NCBI RefSeq assembly: GCF_009914755.1
Contig: NC_060930.1
Origin: the human T2T-CHM13v2.0 reference genome, Homo sapiens
Reading direction: 5' to 3' (one strand)
Length of the DNA stretch: 64,000 nucleotides
The translations under genes were made by a program, and so were the position numbers. The stretch's first letter is position 1; each line of letters starts with the position of its first letter. This document shows positions 46,289 to 61,634 of the stretch, piece after piece. Below the pieces are notes generated by a model, which saw only the letters and a program-made list of their open reading frames with translations, ran no database searches and was not told the DNA's origin.

Positions 46289-47674
46289 TAAGTAGCTAAT
46301 CAATTAAAAAACCTTTAGGCACTTATGACTGTTATTTGTTATTATTAGATTGCCCATTTTCCTCTTAAAATTCATCCTATCCCTATCTTGTCTTGAACTA
46401 CTTGTGTTTTCTGGGGAAACTTCATGAGAATGATTAGGCCAGCTCTATTGTGCCCATGCCGAATCCATGAGCTCCAGATAACAAAACCAGACAAGTTAAA
46501 GAAATATGGAACAATTTTTCCTAGCTCCTAGAAATTGCACTGTTAATGTAATACCACTACCGTGAGGCATTTAAATGTAAATGAGCTCTTTTCCACTGTA
46601 TCACTGGCTAATCTTTCTTGATGGCATCAGTTATGCTTTCTTTAGGTAGGACTTTGTTGATATTCTGAGAGTTATCAAGACTGACGATGTGCACTTGACA
46701 GTTGTTCTAGTTCATTAATTTCCAGAGCCCTTGAGGAAGTTTTAGGATTGGCTACCTCCAACTTACCCACATACCTGGACATGCAGTCATATGTTTTAGG
46801 AACAAATTTTGCTTGTGTTCATTTAAAACAAGAATCAGAGATTCACTTAACAATTGTATTTATGCAGGGTTTTTTCCCCCATCTCAAATGTAGTTTTAGC
46901 AATAATTCTCAAAAATGATATATAAATTCAGACTGCATGTGGGATAAGTAACTAAAAAGTCACATTACTGAAAGGCCTACTTTAGATGTCCTCTTCACTA
47001 TATGGTAGCTACTGTTCCTCTGTAATACTTGTTCATTACAAAGAATTTTGTAAAGTCTTTTTTTTTTCACCAAGTCAGAATTATTTAAGTGGAATAAGCT
47101 GAAATGAGTAGGTAGTTCATTACCTGTAGATTGTTAAAATGGATGGATGGAATTTTTTTAAGTATAATTGGATATAATTTTCATGGCATTGTTTCACATT
47201 TTTAGTGTGTATAAATCTAATGATATACTAAATATCTACAATAAGATATGTTTTACTTTTTAAAATAAGCAATGGCCTGCTTATTTTTGAGTAGCACTTA
47301 ATAAAATTTTGTAGAGTAAAAGTAATTTGAAATATCCTTTGGGATTTATTATAATAGTATTTGACCTATGTTGTACTGCAGCCTTGTAATAAACAGTATT
47401 CTCTATGGGGTAAAATTTTAAGATGAGATTAATTCCTGAAGTATCAAAAAGGATTCATTTTATAGGGATATTAGTGAAAAAATAGTTCATATCATGGACT
47501 GATAGAAAACAATAATAGGTGGGATCTGATTATTTTCTCAATTGGTATGTTTCATATTGCTTCTAATGCAACTTTGATGCTTTAAAAATTACTCTTATTC
47601 GAAATTTTTAAAAAGTAATTAAGTAAATAGTTTTTATAGTTTCAACTACTTTATAATATATTGGCGTTTACTAA

Positions 47675-47887
<213 letters not shown>

Positions 47888-47906
47888 TAAATTTGACTAA
47901 TATTTT

Positions 47907-48299
47907 TGTATTAAGCCATTCTTACACTGCAATAAAGAAATACCTGAGACTGGTCAATTTATAAATAAAAGAGGTTTAATTGGGTCATGGTTCTTCAGGC
48001 TGTACAGGAAGCATGATGCTGGCATCTGCTTAACTTCTGGGGAGGCCTCAGGAAACTTATAATCATGGCAGAAATCAAAGGGGGAGCAGGCATCTCACAT
48101 GGCCAGAGCAGGAGCAAAAGAGTCAGGAGGAGTTGCTACACACTTTTAAATAACTAGATCTCATGAGAACTCACTCACTATCATGAGGACAGTATCAAGA
48201 GGAATGGTACTAAACCATTCGTGAGAAATCTGTCCCCCTGATCTAATCACCTCCCACCAGGCCCCATTCCAACATTGAGGATTACAATTCAACATGAGA
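47907..48299 (-). mobile_element. MST (MaLR) solo LTR
   Basis: tgtattaagccattc...aaatacctgagactgg...cttataatcatggcagaa...cacctcccaccaggcccc. Confidence 0.85.
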
Positions 48300-50787
48300 G
48301 CCTTATTAATGTAGCATTTTTTTATTTTTATAGTGAAAACGTGTACTTTGCTAAAGATAACTGAAATAATGACTTTTAAAATTTATAATAAAATTCAAGA
48401 GTATGGGAAACATTGGCTTGATAACTTTTTTATTACAGAAATATGAAGCCATCTTTGTCAATCCCAAATAAGTTAACAAAGAAAAAATACCATCTGGAAA
48501 TAACCACACAACATTGTTTATTCTGTACCTATGTTTTGTGCAATGTTAAACTATAATTACTCTGGAAAAGTATGTGAATTTTTTCTTATTTTTTCTTTGC
48601 CTCTTATCCAGATAGGCTAATTTTATCTTCTTAACTGTACATCATACAGTGATACTTGCTTTCCAAGTCATTAACCAATTTTATGAATTTTTACTCAACC
48701 TTTTAAAACTATATCATGTACCATTAGTTCAAAGGTATATAATATTCTGGATCATAATAAATGCATTGAGATAATTATTTTTTTCTGTTCACTTCCATGG
48801 GTAGACAGATTTCTTTCATTAAAGTAAAAATACAATGCAAGGTCTTCAGTTTTTACAACATCATCCTTGTAGTATGGGCAGCAGATGGATGCTTCAAATC
48901 AGTAAATTATATGAAAGTCTCCAATTTTATTTGATTTCTAAACTATCTACAATTTCTGATGTACATCTGATTCTGACAAATGATATTGGGATGATGCTTA
49001 AGGGATATGATGGTAAACTGATTTATCAGAAAACTAAGTAAATCATTTTGCAAAATTACCCTCAGAATTTATGGAAGCCCAACACAATTTAACATATTGA
49101 CCACAGGTAATAACCTCCTATGGCATATCTTTACATTGTTTTAAAAACTAATTGAAAACATCTTTCATTCTGTTGCTCTCTCATCTCTTACATGTAGATC
49201 ACCTTGACCTAGTTCCTTTTAGAGCACCAGGCCAGGAAGACATATATTTCTCCTGATGACTTGTTTTGCCTTCTTTATTCTATAGAAAGATCTGTAACTG
49301 GTAGTTTTGCTGTCTTTTTCTTACCTCCTAGGCCTTTGAGAGGTCGTGCTAAGTTATTATAGCTTTTATAAGCAGGAAGGTGTTTTTTTATTACATACAT
49401 AATTTTATTATAAACTTAAAATTTTTTTGGAAGATTTTCTGAAATAGAATGTGTGAATGAAACTTTTCTAACAAAGTGTGTTTTTTGAAATATAACTTTT
49501 AAATAATATACAGTATTGCTTTTATATGATTTTGTGTTTGGTTTTAATGCTAAATGTTTATCTGTTTATAAAATGTATTACTCTAGTTTTCTAAATCTCT
49601 TCTTTTTGTAGTTTTAAGAAGAACCCCTAATTAAATTGTTTTAACTATTTCTTTTTAAGATTTACCAAGATTATCTTCATAAAACTAGCTGTGTTTCTTT
49701 CCTGCAAAATGCACAAACAATTCATAGGAGGTTAGCTCAGGTTATTAATGTTAGTTTTTAAGGCCCTAATTAAACAGAGTAGATATTCACATCACCATCG
49801 TAGTGAGTTAAATACGTGCTTCCTCTTGCAACGCAGCAATTTTTGCCACAGACTAATAGGAGAAAGGGGCAGCTCATCTCCTAGAGACCATTTACTGGAA
49901 GAAGAAATTTTTGGCTCAGAATCAGAAGCCAGGAGGATTAACTGTTGGCTCTGGTTAGTGACTAGAAAAGAAAACAATATGCCTGTAACAGCTGAGGTTG
50001 CTGTTCTTTATCTAGCTGCCATGGGCCCTTATATCTAACACTGTTGCTGCTAGAACTTCGCTGTAAAAGCAGCAGCATCTTTACCAGCCTTTCTCTACCT
50101 ATAAATGAAAGGTTGGAAAAGGAAAGCAAGGAAAGGGGAAGGGGAAGCTTTTTGCTGGTGGTGTGTTGATAAAGGGGTCATGTCTAAGGGTAACATTTCC
50201 TACTCTATATTCTTCAACAGGTTTTTCCTGAAGTTTTATTATTGGTGGGTTTTTTTATCCTCCAATCATTGAAAAATTTTTAATTTATAACATTATCTTT
50301 TAAATTTTCATTTTTATTTAAAACAATTTTTATGGTCAATGCAATCTATAGACGTTATATCAGTTACTTAAAGTAAGTGGCTTAGGATTTCTTTCTTTGC
50401 TTGCTTTTTATTTGAACTGTTTCTTATATTTGAATTTTTTAAGTACAACTTTTATGACAACTCTGAAAAACACATTGTATGAAGTGGAATTTACCACTTA
50501 TTTGAGACTCCCTTCTTTGCTGGGATATAGACATTTTACTTTTGCAAAGCAAATGGATTTTGCAAGCAAAACCTGCACTCTGCTTATGGCAACATTATTT
50601 TTCTTTTCTGTCTTTTCCCTTTTGCCAAACTATCGAACAGTTCAAATGCTTTGGCCTACTTTATCTCAAATATAATTGTGTATGATTTTTCAACAGTTTA
50701 ACAGAAATATGCTTCTTCCTCTATGGAATATAAATGTTAATACTAACAGAAGTAATTCATATAGTATGTAATTGATGGTGCCTTGAA

Positions 50788-50921
50788 GCTGGAGGCTGGA
50801 GGATTGCTTGAGGCCAGGAGTTTGAGACTAGCCTAAGCAACATAGCAAGACCTCACCTCTACAAAAAATAAAAATTAGCCAAGCATGGTGGCACATGACT
50901 GTAGTTCTAGCTGCTAGGGAC
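50788..50921 (+). mobile_element. AluJ/FLAM fragment
   Basis: ggaggattgcttgaggccaggagtttgagactagcc. Confidence 0.75.
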
Positions 50922-51434
50922 TTGAATAATAAAAATTATTTTAATAGAGCTTATAGCCTTTTAGTAAAGAGAATTAAGGGAAATAAATTTATTTTTGAGA
51001 AATAGAGGCATCAGGTAGATTTAGTAATTTTTCTTTTTCTACATTTACATGGGAGCTCTTTATTTCTGGGAATAGCATTCATATTTCATTAAGTGTTAAC
51101 ACTGTAAATTTGGTAACCAGTTCTGACATCAGGATTTCCAAATTCAAGCTTGGCTTTCATTTGTTGTTTAGCTACTCTAAATCCCACCATGTTTTATCTT
51201 TGATGTTCTTTGAGACTTCCAGAAGTCTAATTATAGCAAGCAATGTCAAACATCTAGCCCTAATTTTTTAACATTCATTTTATTTTTTCATGATTATTCA
51301 AATTATTTTTTAAAATTACTTTAGGAGTACTTTTGAACTTATAAACTTGCAAAACCCTTGCTGTTCTATTCCTGTAAGATTTTCCTTTGTAAATATTTAA
51401 CTTACATTCAAATAGACTCGTATGACAATAATAA

Positions 51435-51704
<270 letters not shown>

Positions 51705-51920
51705 TAAATATGATCTTAAAAATTGTTTGGTTCTAATTGTCTATTATGAAAACTAACATGATACTTCAAAATGTTACCAGATTTAGTGGATAGACATCTG
51801 TGACAGCCTGTGCCCTTTAACTTGTTACTGTCACCCCTTGGTCCAACAACTGGTAGAATCATTCCAAAGGAGCCTTTAAAGAACAATTGACAGAGCTGAG
51901 ACCCAGCGTAGAGTAGCGCA

Positions 51921-52215
51921 GGCCAGGTGTTGTGGCTCACGCCTGTAATCCCAACACTTTGGAAGGCTTAGCCTGGAGGATTGCTTGAGGCCAAGAGTTT
52001 GATACCAGCCTGAGCAACATAGCAAGACCCCACCTCTACAAAAAATAATGGTGGCACATGTCTGTAGTCCCAACTGCTAGGGAGCCTGAGGCAGGTGAAT
52101 CGCTTGAGCACAGAAGGTTGAGGCTGCAGTGAGCTGCAATCATGTCACTTCACTCCAGCCTGGGTGACAAACTGAGACCCTATATCTAAAAAAAAGAAAA
52201 TTAAAAAAAAAAAAA
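51921..52215 (+). mobile_element. AluJ
   Basis: Dimer with J-type features and A tail. Confidence 0.87.
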
Positions 52216-52554
52216 GAGTGGTACAAGTACAGCTATTATTATAAAAGAAAAGGGGACATACTATAAAAGCTGAATGTCTGTCCTTCAGTCTAAATGTTAT
52301 ATAAATACCATGCTATCAAAAATAATAATTTAATCTACTTGTTATAAAAACCCACTGTAACAGAAATTACTAGGGCCACATTTCATGTTTAAATTTATTG
52401 TATAAACAACTCTCAAATATTACCACATTTTTTATATGTATTAGAATAAATTTAGTTGACAGATGGTTAAGTATTTTTTCTTTATTTTTCCAAGTTTCAC
52501 ATGTAACATTTTGTATTACTGACACTCTGTATCCTACATCTGTTTTTTGTTTAG

Positions 52555-52770
<216 letters not shown>

Positions 52771-55044
52771 TAGCTATCAGCTTTGCCATAGTTTTTCTAT
52801 ACTAAAACTACAGTGTTTGTGTGCTTCACTTCTCTATCAATTCCATCTTTTTCTACCTTGATAATCACTTTTTGCAATTTAAAAGTGTTTTTCAGAATAC
52901 TAAAAAATAACTTCTTGGTGCTAAATGTGAAATGAGTCTTTTAAAAAAAACATGTCAGTAATCTGTTCCTCTTAAAATATAACCCAAAAACATGTTAGAA
53001 AGCAAATGTAATTATCTGCAGAATCATAGGAAGGTAAATTAAAGCCATACTTCCAAATATTTTACAGTCTAATCAGATTGTAGGTACTTAGGGCATTTTT
53101 GTTTACATTTGATTTTATAATAGTTATCTCAGATCTCAAATTCCTTTTATATTGTTTTAGGGAATAATAACATTACTTAGTATTTTAACATTTTAAAAAT
53201 CATTGAAATTGTTTTAAAAAATCAAACTTCAGGTTTCATTCAAAAGTAATACCTGTATATATTTGTAGTGCATAATAAAAAATCATATTGCCTTGATTTT
53301 GTATGCCATTTGTAGCTTGCAAAATGCTTTTACATACATTATTTCACAGAAGATAAATTATTGGGATTGGCAAAATAAGTTCTTATTCAGACTTTTTATG
53401 TCAGTTTTATTAGCTTTTATTTTCAAATATTGGCTAATAGCTTATAAAAATATATTTTAATTTCTTTAGAATATATTGTTTTATGTTTTTTAATAAATCA
53501 TAAATTGCCTTTTAAAATTTATTGAATCTGTATTCTTACTTTATTCCTTTGTTCCTCAAGGATTTCAGTCTTTTAACAATATTAGTCCACTCCCTAAAGT
53601 AGTCACTGTTCCAGAACATAGTTCTTGGGTTTGAGACTAATCAGACTACTTAAAAACTTGTGTCGGATTACAGAGGAATTGCAAGAAAGTGTAAGAATTT
53701 CTACCCCACTTAAATTCAGCTGTGAGAAAATGCTGGCTATTGTGCCACTATCAGCAACTACTCAAGTGCATTTAATTAATTAATTAAGTCCACTATTCAG
53801 TCAGTTCAACTCACACTTCTTGACTAGACATAGATATCACTAAATTGACTGTTTAGAATTCTTGATTCAGTAATCCTAATGGTTTCATAGATACACAAGC
53901 AATAGGAAAATGTGTTTATTCTTTTTTGACCATGTATTCATTCTCAAAACAAAAATGGTAGTGTGGAAAAGACAATCTTCTGATCATTATTCTCTGAAAC
54001 AGTCTCTATTTTCCTTGCTACTTTATGTTCTTAGAATTCCTGTTTCCCTTAGGAAAATTCTATAGAAGGCCACTACCTCAAATGTAAATTTTTAAAAATC
54101 TTCTTTTGAAAATGAATCATTTACAGAATAGAGCTAATTTAGGCTATCACTTATCCTCAATTAATGGAAAGTTATGTTTCAAATATCTTTATTGGTGGTT
54201 TGGAAATCAAAAACAAATTTTAGTTAGTTTTAATGACCAGACCACAAAACTATTATACTAACATATTAATGAAGGACAGTATCATGTGCCTGAAAAACAG
54301 TGTGATGAAAAGTAGTGATGTAAAGCTTAAAATCCATGTGTAATGTCATTTCTACAAAAAAACCCAAAAACATGTGTTAATAGCTTTGATGTGGAATACT
54401 ACAGTAGTTTCAAGGAGGCATTATCTTATGTTCAAGAGTGCACATTTGGAACCATTTCTGTCACTTACTTACTTTGAGCCTACAAACACAAAGTGGTTTC
54501 CATTCACATGGTAAGAAGATTGAAGGGAATCAGATGTGGTACATGTGTCAGGAAGCAAAGGTGAGATTATCCAAAAGAAAAAGGGTGTAAAGGATCTCTA
54601 GGAACAATACTTCTTAACAGTGTACTTCCCTTGGGCTTTTAATGAGCACCTCCTGTGTCAGTTACTGTGCTAGGTGCTGAGGAAAGAATAGGTCCCTGCC
54701 TTTAAAGAACTTTGACTTCTCCTGTTCCCTCTCCTCTCACAGCAACAGTATTAAGAAATCAGCTCAGCATTGGGATGGGAAGGAGAAATTCACCCAGCAA
54801 AATGGGGCTTCAATATATGAGATGGGCTTATAAATTACCTGTATAAGGAAGATATCCATCTGCATGTAATATTAAAGTAGATTTAACATGTAATATTTAC
54901 AAAGAAAAACATATGAACCACATTTTAACTTAGAAAAAAATCCTCTCTAAAAGGTAGTATGTTTATTGGTAAAATTTATAATTAGTAATTAAATAAAAAC
55001 ATTTCTCCTTTTAAAGGCAAATATTTATTTCAAATAGCTTAGAC

Positions 55045-55378
55045 CAGCAGTCCCCAACTTTTTTGGCACCAGGGACCAGTTTCTTGGAAGACAATTTTTC
55101 CACGGATTGGGGGAAGTGATTGTTTTGGGATGAAACTATTCCACCTCAGATCATGAGGCATTAGTTAGATTCTCATAAGGAGCATGCAACCTAGATCCCT
55201 CACACGCACAGTTCGCAATAGTGTTCACGCTCCTATGAGAATCTAATGCCGCTGCTGATCCCACAGGAGGCAGAGCTCAGGAAGCAGTGCTTGCTCGCCT
55301 GCTGCTCACCTCCTGCTGTGCAGTCCAGTTCCTAACAGGCCACAGACAAGTACCAGTCCACAGTCTGGGTGTTGGGGT
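55045..55378. mobile_element. MER1B hAT-Charlie element
   Basis: cagcagtccccaactttttggcaccagggaccagtttc...tagattctcataaggagc...gggtgttgggg. Confidence 0.85.
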
Positions 55379-56718
55379 TAGACAGTGTTAGCAATTATTA
55401 TTAATTAGTCTAGCTTCAGCATGATCATGTATTCATAAGATTTTCAACTTTTTCTCTGGTGAGGATGGCTTTTATGTCATGTATATTACTTTGGGCTTAT
55501 AGATGTAATATAGAAAGTATCGTAATAAAAGTGCCCTTATATTTAATTTCAGAAGTTAATTACAGAATGAATGTCAACTTTATTCCAAATTATTTGCTTA
55601 AAATATTTTATCAGAAAATAAAATTCTAAAGCAAACCCAGACTTCAGTTTTAAATAAGTATATGATAGAAATAAAATTACTAGTACCTTACACATAGACT
55701 TACTTAAAATATATTTCTCGAATGAATGAATGAAATAGCACAATACAGTTTTCATTGTTACTTGAAAAAGTATAGGCATCAACATAAAGCTTAACAGTTT
55801 CCTAGGGATTTTTAAAATCAAGATTCATCTTCAGTAAATATTGGTAATATATTGTGGTGTTCTTAAACTTTACGGTTTTTATTTTCCTTTCTCTTTATTG
55901 TGAATTTTAGTTTATTCTTGAATGCATCCTGTAAGAAAACATCTAAAAATACTATTAACTTAAAAATAAAAGTATTTGTTACATATTCTAAACTATCAAT
56001 GTCTTTTATTTTTATTCTAGCAAAATAAAATTGTGAACACTAATATATTTCTATAATGTACTATTGACCAAACACCACTATATTCACCAGTTTTAATAAG
56101 TGGATACAGAGTAGTTCTTGATTAAAGAATATTTCCTTCTATTACTTACCACTTTCATTGAGTTTTCAAATAAGCATATATTTAAACTTCTTAAACTTGA
56201 CTATGCTTTGAAAACTTTTCTAAAATATGTTCCCTCTTTTAAAATAACGCCTTGAGTTCCTTTCGGCTTTTTTGCCTTTCTCTTTTCTCCCAGATGAATG
56301 ATGTACATTTTCTGATGACATATAATTAAATATTGGTTTGGTGCAGGGAGCTCTTACTGAACATGAGAGTCAGGAGTTCTGGAATTAGGTTTGGGCAAGT
56401 CACATAGCCTATATGAACCCCAATATCTACACTTGTAACAGCAGGGAGTTAACTCTGAGATCCCTGCCAACCTAAAATTCTGAGTCTAATTAATTAAGAC
56501 ATATTGGATTATGAAATGTTGAGTGGCACATACATTTAAATTAAAAAACCAAAGAAATATATACTTGAATGTACATCATTTGTAATTTTGATAAGCTAAT
56601 TAACTAACTGCACTATCAGATCAACACTAAGTCTATTATTAACAAGTTGGAAAATTCTAGTAAGTTTTGTTGTGAAAGGAGTATAGTAACTAGTGCTGTG
56701 TGCAATCCTTATGACTAG

Positions 56719-56796
56719 CCAAGGCCAACATGCAGCTCCTATATGAGCGTCTTCTCAGAAGAAAACAGCTACGAACACAGAAAGACAACCATCTAG
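56719..56796 (+). CDS. FAM135A: FAM135A alternative cassette exon (78 nt, phase 1->1)
   Basis: ccttatgactag|CC AAG GCC AAC ATG...CAT CTA G|gtacgt; open in the FAM135A frame (AKANMQLLYERLLRRKQLRTQKDNHL), coding-like composition in an AT-rich intron. Confidence 0.8.
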   Translation, partial: PRPTCSSYMSVFSEENSYEHRKTTI

Positions 56797-57149
56797 GTAC
56801 GTTTACAAATAGCTTAAGTAAATGATCCCTTTTAATTAAAAAGTATGAAATTTTGCTTTAAATTAGCATCAGATTTCATAAATGTATATTTAATAATGTG
56901 GTATGTTTCCACCATTCTGAAGAACTTACCTTTAAAATCAATTTGGTTTGTAGATAAATTTTGGTTAATTTCCTAATTAATTTGTAATATTGAAGTTTTT
57001 ACTTAAATCTGGAAATGGTAAATGCAAAACTCACTGGCTTTTTTCATATGTTTTTTAAAGTTTCTATGAAGAGCACTTTTTCAAAACCATGATTATTACT
57101 ACAATTTGTTGGTTTAATGACATCGCCTTAAATTTGCTCAGTTATTTTA

Positions 57150-57793
<644 letters not shown>

Positions 57794-59086
57794 TCACCAC
57801 TCTCTGGATATGTTATGCATGGTAAAGGAAATGTTCTGATCTCATTATTTTATTATACATTTTCATATATATGTTAGACTTTTCTTGAATAGCCATAATT
57901 TATTATCTATGAGTATATTAAAAGTTTTCACTTTGCGTTCAGTAAACCATCACAATTTTTTAAAAAATTATGAAAAGCTGTAGGAATCAAAAAGTGAAAT
58001 AAAATAAGTATTTATTTCCCAATTTTCAGAGGTATGAAATGAAGGAAGTTAAAAAGCCAAAATCTATCTCAACATTTCTCAGGTGAAAACTAACTCAGAA
58101 ATATTTGAGTTGTGTTAATTTTCACTAAGACTGTTAAGGGAAACTGATTTTCTTGTCAGGAAGGAAAAAGAAGAGTTGAAAATTTATTGTCATTCTTTCT
58201 GGAACATAGTATTATATTCTCATATAAAGTTACTGTAAAATTAAAGAATTCATAGTATGAAACTGTGGCCATTTATGACATTTTAGCATTTTTTAGCAAT
58301 TAAAATATACTTCTAATTTAAACTATTTTATTGCCAGCCTATCAGTTTACATGTGAGCATTCTAAATAATTTTACAGAATGCAGTTTAATGTAATAAGAT
58401 CTATTTTTTAAAAATGGGCCAGATCTTGGTTGAGTAGAAAAATACTTAATTTTCAAAACTAAAACATAATGAAGTTAGTTAACACTTTTGTTGAGATATC
58501 TTTTATCCTTAAACCTAACATTGTATTGCCGTTGTCTGAGCTGTGTTATAAATATTTGTTGAATGAATGGATAGATTTAGAAAATAAATGTTAGATACAT
58601 GTACCCTTTGACCTAGCATCCCCACTTCTGTTCACCTGTATCATAGAAATAGCATACTAGGTAGTATGTAAAGATACAGGTACAAGCATGTTTATTGCAG
58701 TATTGTTCTTAGTGGCAAAACAGTATAAACAAAGATCAATGCCCATTATTTGGGCAAAGAGTGGAATACAGAATATATCATGATGCACCCACATCAAGGA
58801 ATACTGTGTAGTCATCTTAAAAAATGCTTTAGTGCTAGGTACCAGAATACTGTGGGGTAATGCTGAGAGAAAAAAAGCAAGATGCAAAAAATTGTGCAAA
58901 ATACAATCCTATTTTTATAAAACAGTGACTCCAAAACTCATATGTGTATATGTATATTTGAAAAATATGGAAGGATATGCTCTAGACTGTAACCTTGGAT
59001 TAGTAATAAGAGCCAAGCCCCCCCCCCAGAAATATATGATAATCATCACATTTATACATTTCTATAAAACTGTATAAATGGATATA

Positions 59087-59418
59087 CAGTATACCCTTGA
59101 ATAACACCAGAACTGGGGCACTGACCCCTGTACAGTTAAAAATATACCTGTAACTTTTGACTCCTCTAGTACTTACCAACTAATGGCCTACTATTCACTG
59201 AAAGCCTTACAGATAACATAAACAGTTGATTAATACATAAAAAGACTAGTATCTACATGTTTTTATGCAATCATGACATATTCATCTTTCTTAATTTTTT
59301 CAATATTTCTAGGCTACATAGTTTGCAAGTTTCATATTCTTTCCAAAATATTTATTGAAAAATACTTGTGTATAAGTGCACCTGCGTAGATCAAACCTAT
59401 GTTGCTCAAGGGTCTGTT
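59087..59418. mobile_element. Tigger2a/MER8-like DNA transposon
   Basis: ta|cagtatacccttgaataacac...tgttgctcaagggtc inverted termini. Confidence 0.7.
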
Positions 59419-60025
59419 ATATATGTCACTTTAAAAAGAAAAAATAATTAAAATAGGATTTTAAACTCCCTTAAAAATCTAAGTGATTTCAAAATTATTT
59501 TCAGTTCTAAGATTTTAGAGTTAAATTATGCTTTTAAACATTCTTTAAGATACTGTTTGCATTGAAGTAGCTCTCAGTAGCTATAATGCAAACATACCCA
59601 TTTATGCAGTTAGGTTCTTCTATGTAAACATTAGAAAAATGTGTCACAACTCTCAAAACCTTATTTTCTAATTTTTAAAAATCAGAGGTAGAATATGTAA
59701 TTTCTAAGACTAACTTTACTGATTTTTTTTCTGTCACAGGAAAAGATCATGAGTAATGTGAAAACAGATGGTGGTTTTAATGCAGAGTCTGTTGCTGGTT
59801 TTTTAGTTTTGGAAAGCCCAATATTAGAAGCCACTGGTTTATCTAACAGTGAAATGATTTGTGAAATCATTGCAAATTTCTTTAGTTACCAACAAGTTGG
59901 CCAAATTAGTGATCTATTTTTTGGTATATATCAATATCTAAATACAATTTACTTGTATATTTTGTGAGTTATGAAATACATGTGTTCCATTGATTTTTAG
60001 TTAACAACAGAGTATTTGTTGTTTA

Positions 60026-60570
60026 TGTTACCGGGTGGGGTACAGCGTCCTTGATTCTTGTTGAAGGAAGAATTCAGCCAAGAGACACGCAGCAAGGGTT
60101 AAGCAGCAGAATTTATTTAAAGAGACAGTAGTATACTCTGAAAGATAAAGCAGAGCAAGCTTCTGGAGAGAGTGAGCTAGCAGCAGCCAGTGCTGGGGAA
60201 CTCTATGAAGAATACATGATTATTCATGAAAGGGCATGAGGAGGTGTCACTTGCAATCATGTTTTAGATGATCCCCTTGGGCATACATGCTCTGTAGTTG
60301 TACATGCTAGTACACACGTTGCTTGTCTCGTTAGCATTTAAAATCTCCACCTAGGGATGTGTTTTTTACTATTATAATGAGCAAAAGACCACTCTAGGGT
60401 GAGTTATTGGAGGAGTGCACATGCTTCAGGGTCGCAGGAGCCCAACCACAAGGCCAGGTATAACCAATATAGCCGTTGTCCTTTTTGCTGTCAGTGGGCG
60501 ACATCTCCAGGACTTCTTTGCCCAGAGGCTCCCTTGCCTGCTCGTATCTGGCCGTCTCCCCACTCTAACA
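60026..60570 (-). mobile_element. ERV1-class solo LTR (subfamily not assigned)
   Basis: TGTTA...TAACA ends, near-TSD TTTA/ATTA, gaaggaagaattcagccaagaga and TTTATT (minus-strand polyA signal). Confidence 0.7.
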
Positions 60571-61584
60571 ATTATACTGTGGTTGTGTTTTTACCACATA
60601 ATTGTGATTGCTTTTTTAAACAAATTTAAATGTTTATCATTTTTATCATGTAGTAAACATTCAGTCTGTTTTACAAATTAGTCAGCTGATGAGTGAATTC
60701 AGGGATGTTATAGAATGTGTTCTTGCCTTTGTGTGAGAAAGATCAATTAAACTCTTTCACAACAAGATTATGGGAATTTTGTATGATTATAACTATGCTG
60801 TTACAGTTCTTTTAAAAGACCTGTTTGATTTCTACTTAAAAATTAAGTGTATGTAAAGATATTTCAGACATTAGTGTAATTCCTCCCTGCCAAAAATAAA
60901 TAATTTATAAATCTTTATATTTTGTTAGTTTCTGTTTTTCCTGGTAAATATTATCATTTTAATTGTAAATTTGTGCACCTCTTTATAGATTATTATAGCA
61001 TACATTAAGTAAATCAGAATTCTATGCAAATATCTGCCTCAGTTTAAGAATATTTTATAGAAAAATAAATACATTAGGAACTAACTATTAAAGGATCTTG
61101 ACATTCATTTTTATTAAATAGCCTACACACCAGGTATGTTTTAAATGTTTCAGTGATAAAATTAATTTTACTTGAGCATTTTAGGAATAGCTTTTGTAAA
61201 ACACAAGAAAGCAAGGCATATGTATATATAACACAAAATACTAAACTGTACTGGAAATTATAAAATATGAAATACAGTAAAATCTAATTATATAGTTGGT
61301 CTTTTCTGTGACACAGTTGTGCAAGTTACTTTATGTATATAGTTAATATTTCCTTGACAGTGTTAACTCTTGTGAAAAATAAAAAATGATATTTATCAGA
61401 ATGTAGAATTTAATAATCACATTACCTATGTAATTAATATGTTTATGAAAATATGTTACCTTGAAATTTAATTCATTGAATACAGTCCAGATCATTCTTA
61501 ATTTTCAGTTTTTTATGGGAATTTTATTTATATAAATTAAATATCTAACATTGGAATATTTCCTCTACTCTTTACTCCTTCCAG

Positions 61585-61634
61585 AGGAAATGGATGTAGA
61601 AGCTCGACTTACTGAACTATGTGAAGAAGTTAAG
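61585..61634 (+). CDS. FAM135A: FAM135A coding exon (50 nt, phase 1->0)
   Basis: ctctttactccttccag|AG GAA ATG GAT GTA GAA GCT CGA...GTT AAG|gtactt; (E)EMDVEARLTELCEEVK. Confidence 0.93.

Noticed and set aside
59749-59967. 72-aa ATG-initiated ORF MSNVKTDGG...
   Set aside because: Out of frame with FAM135A at the adjacent acceptor and no recognisable homology; only the splice signal is retained as a finding.
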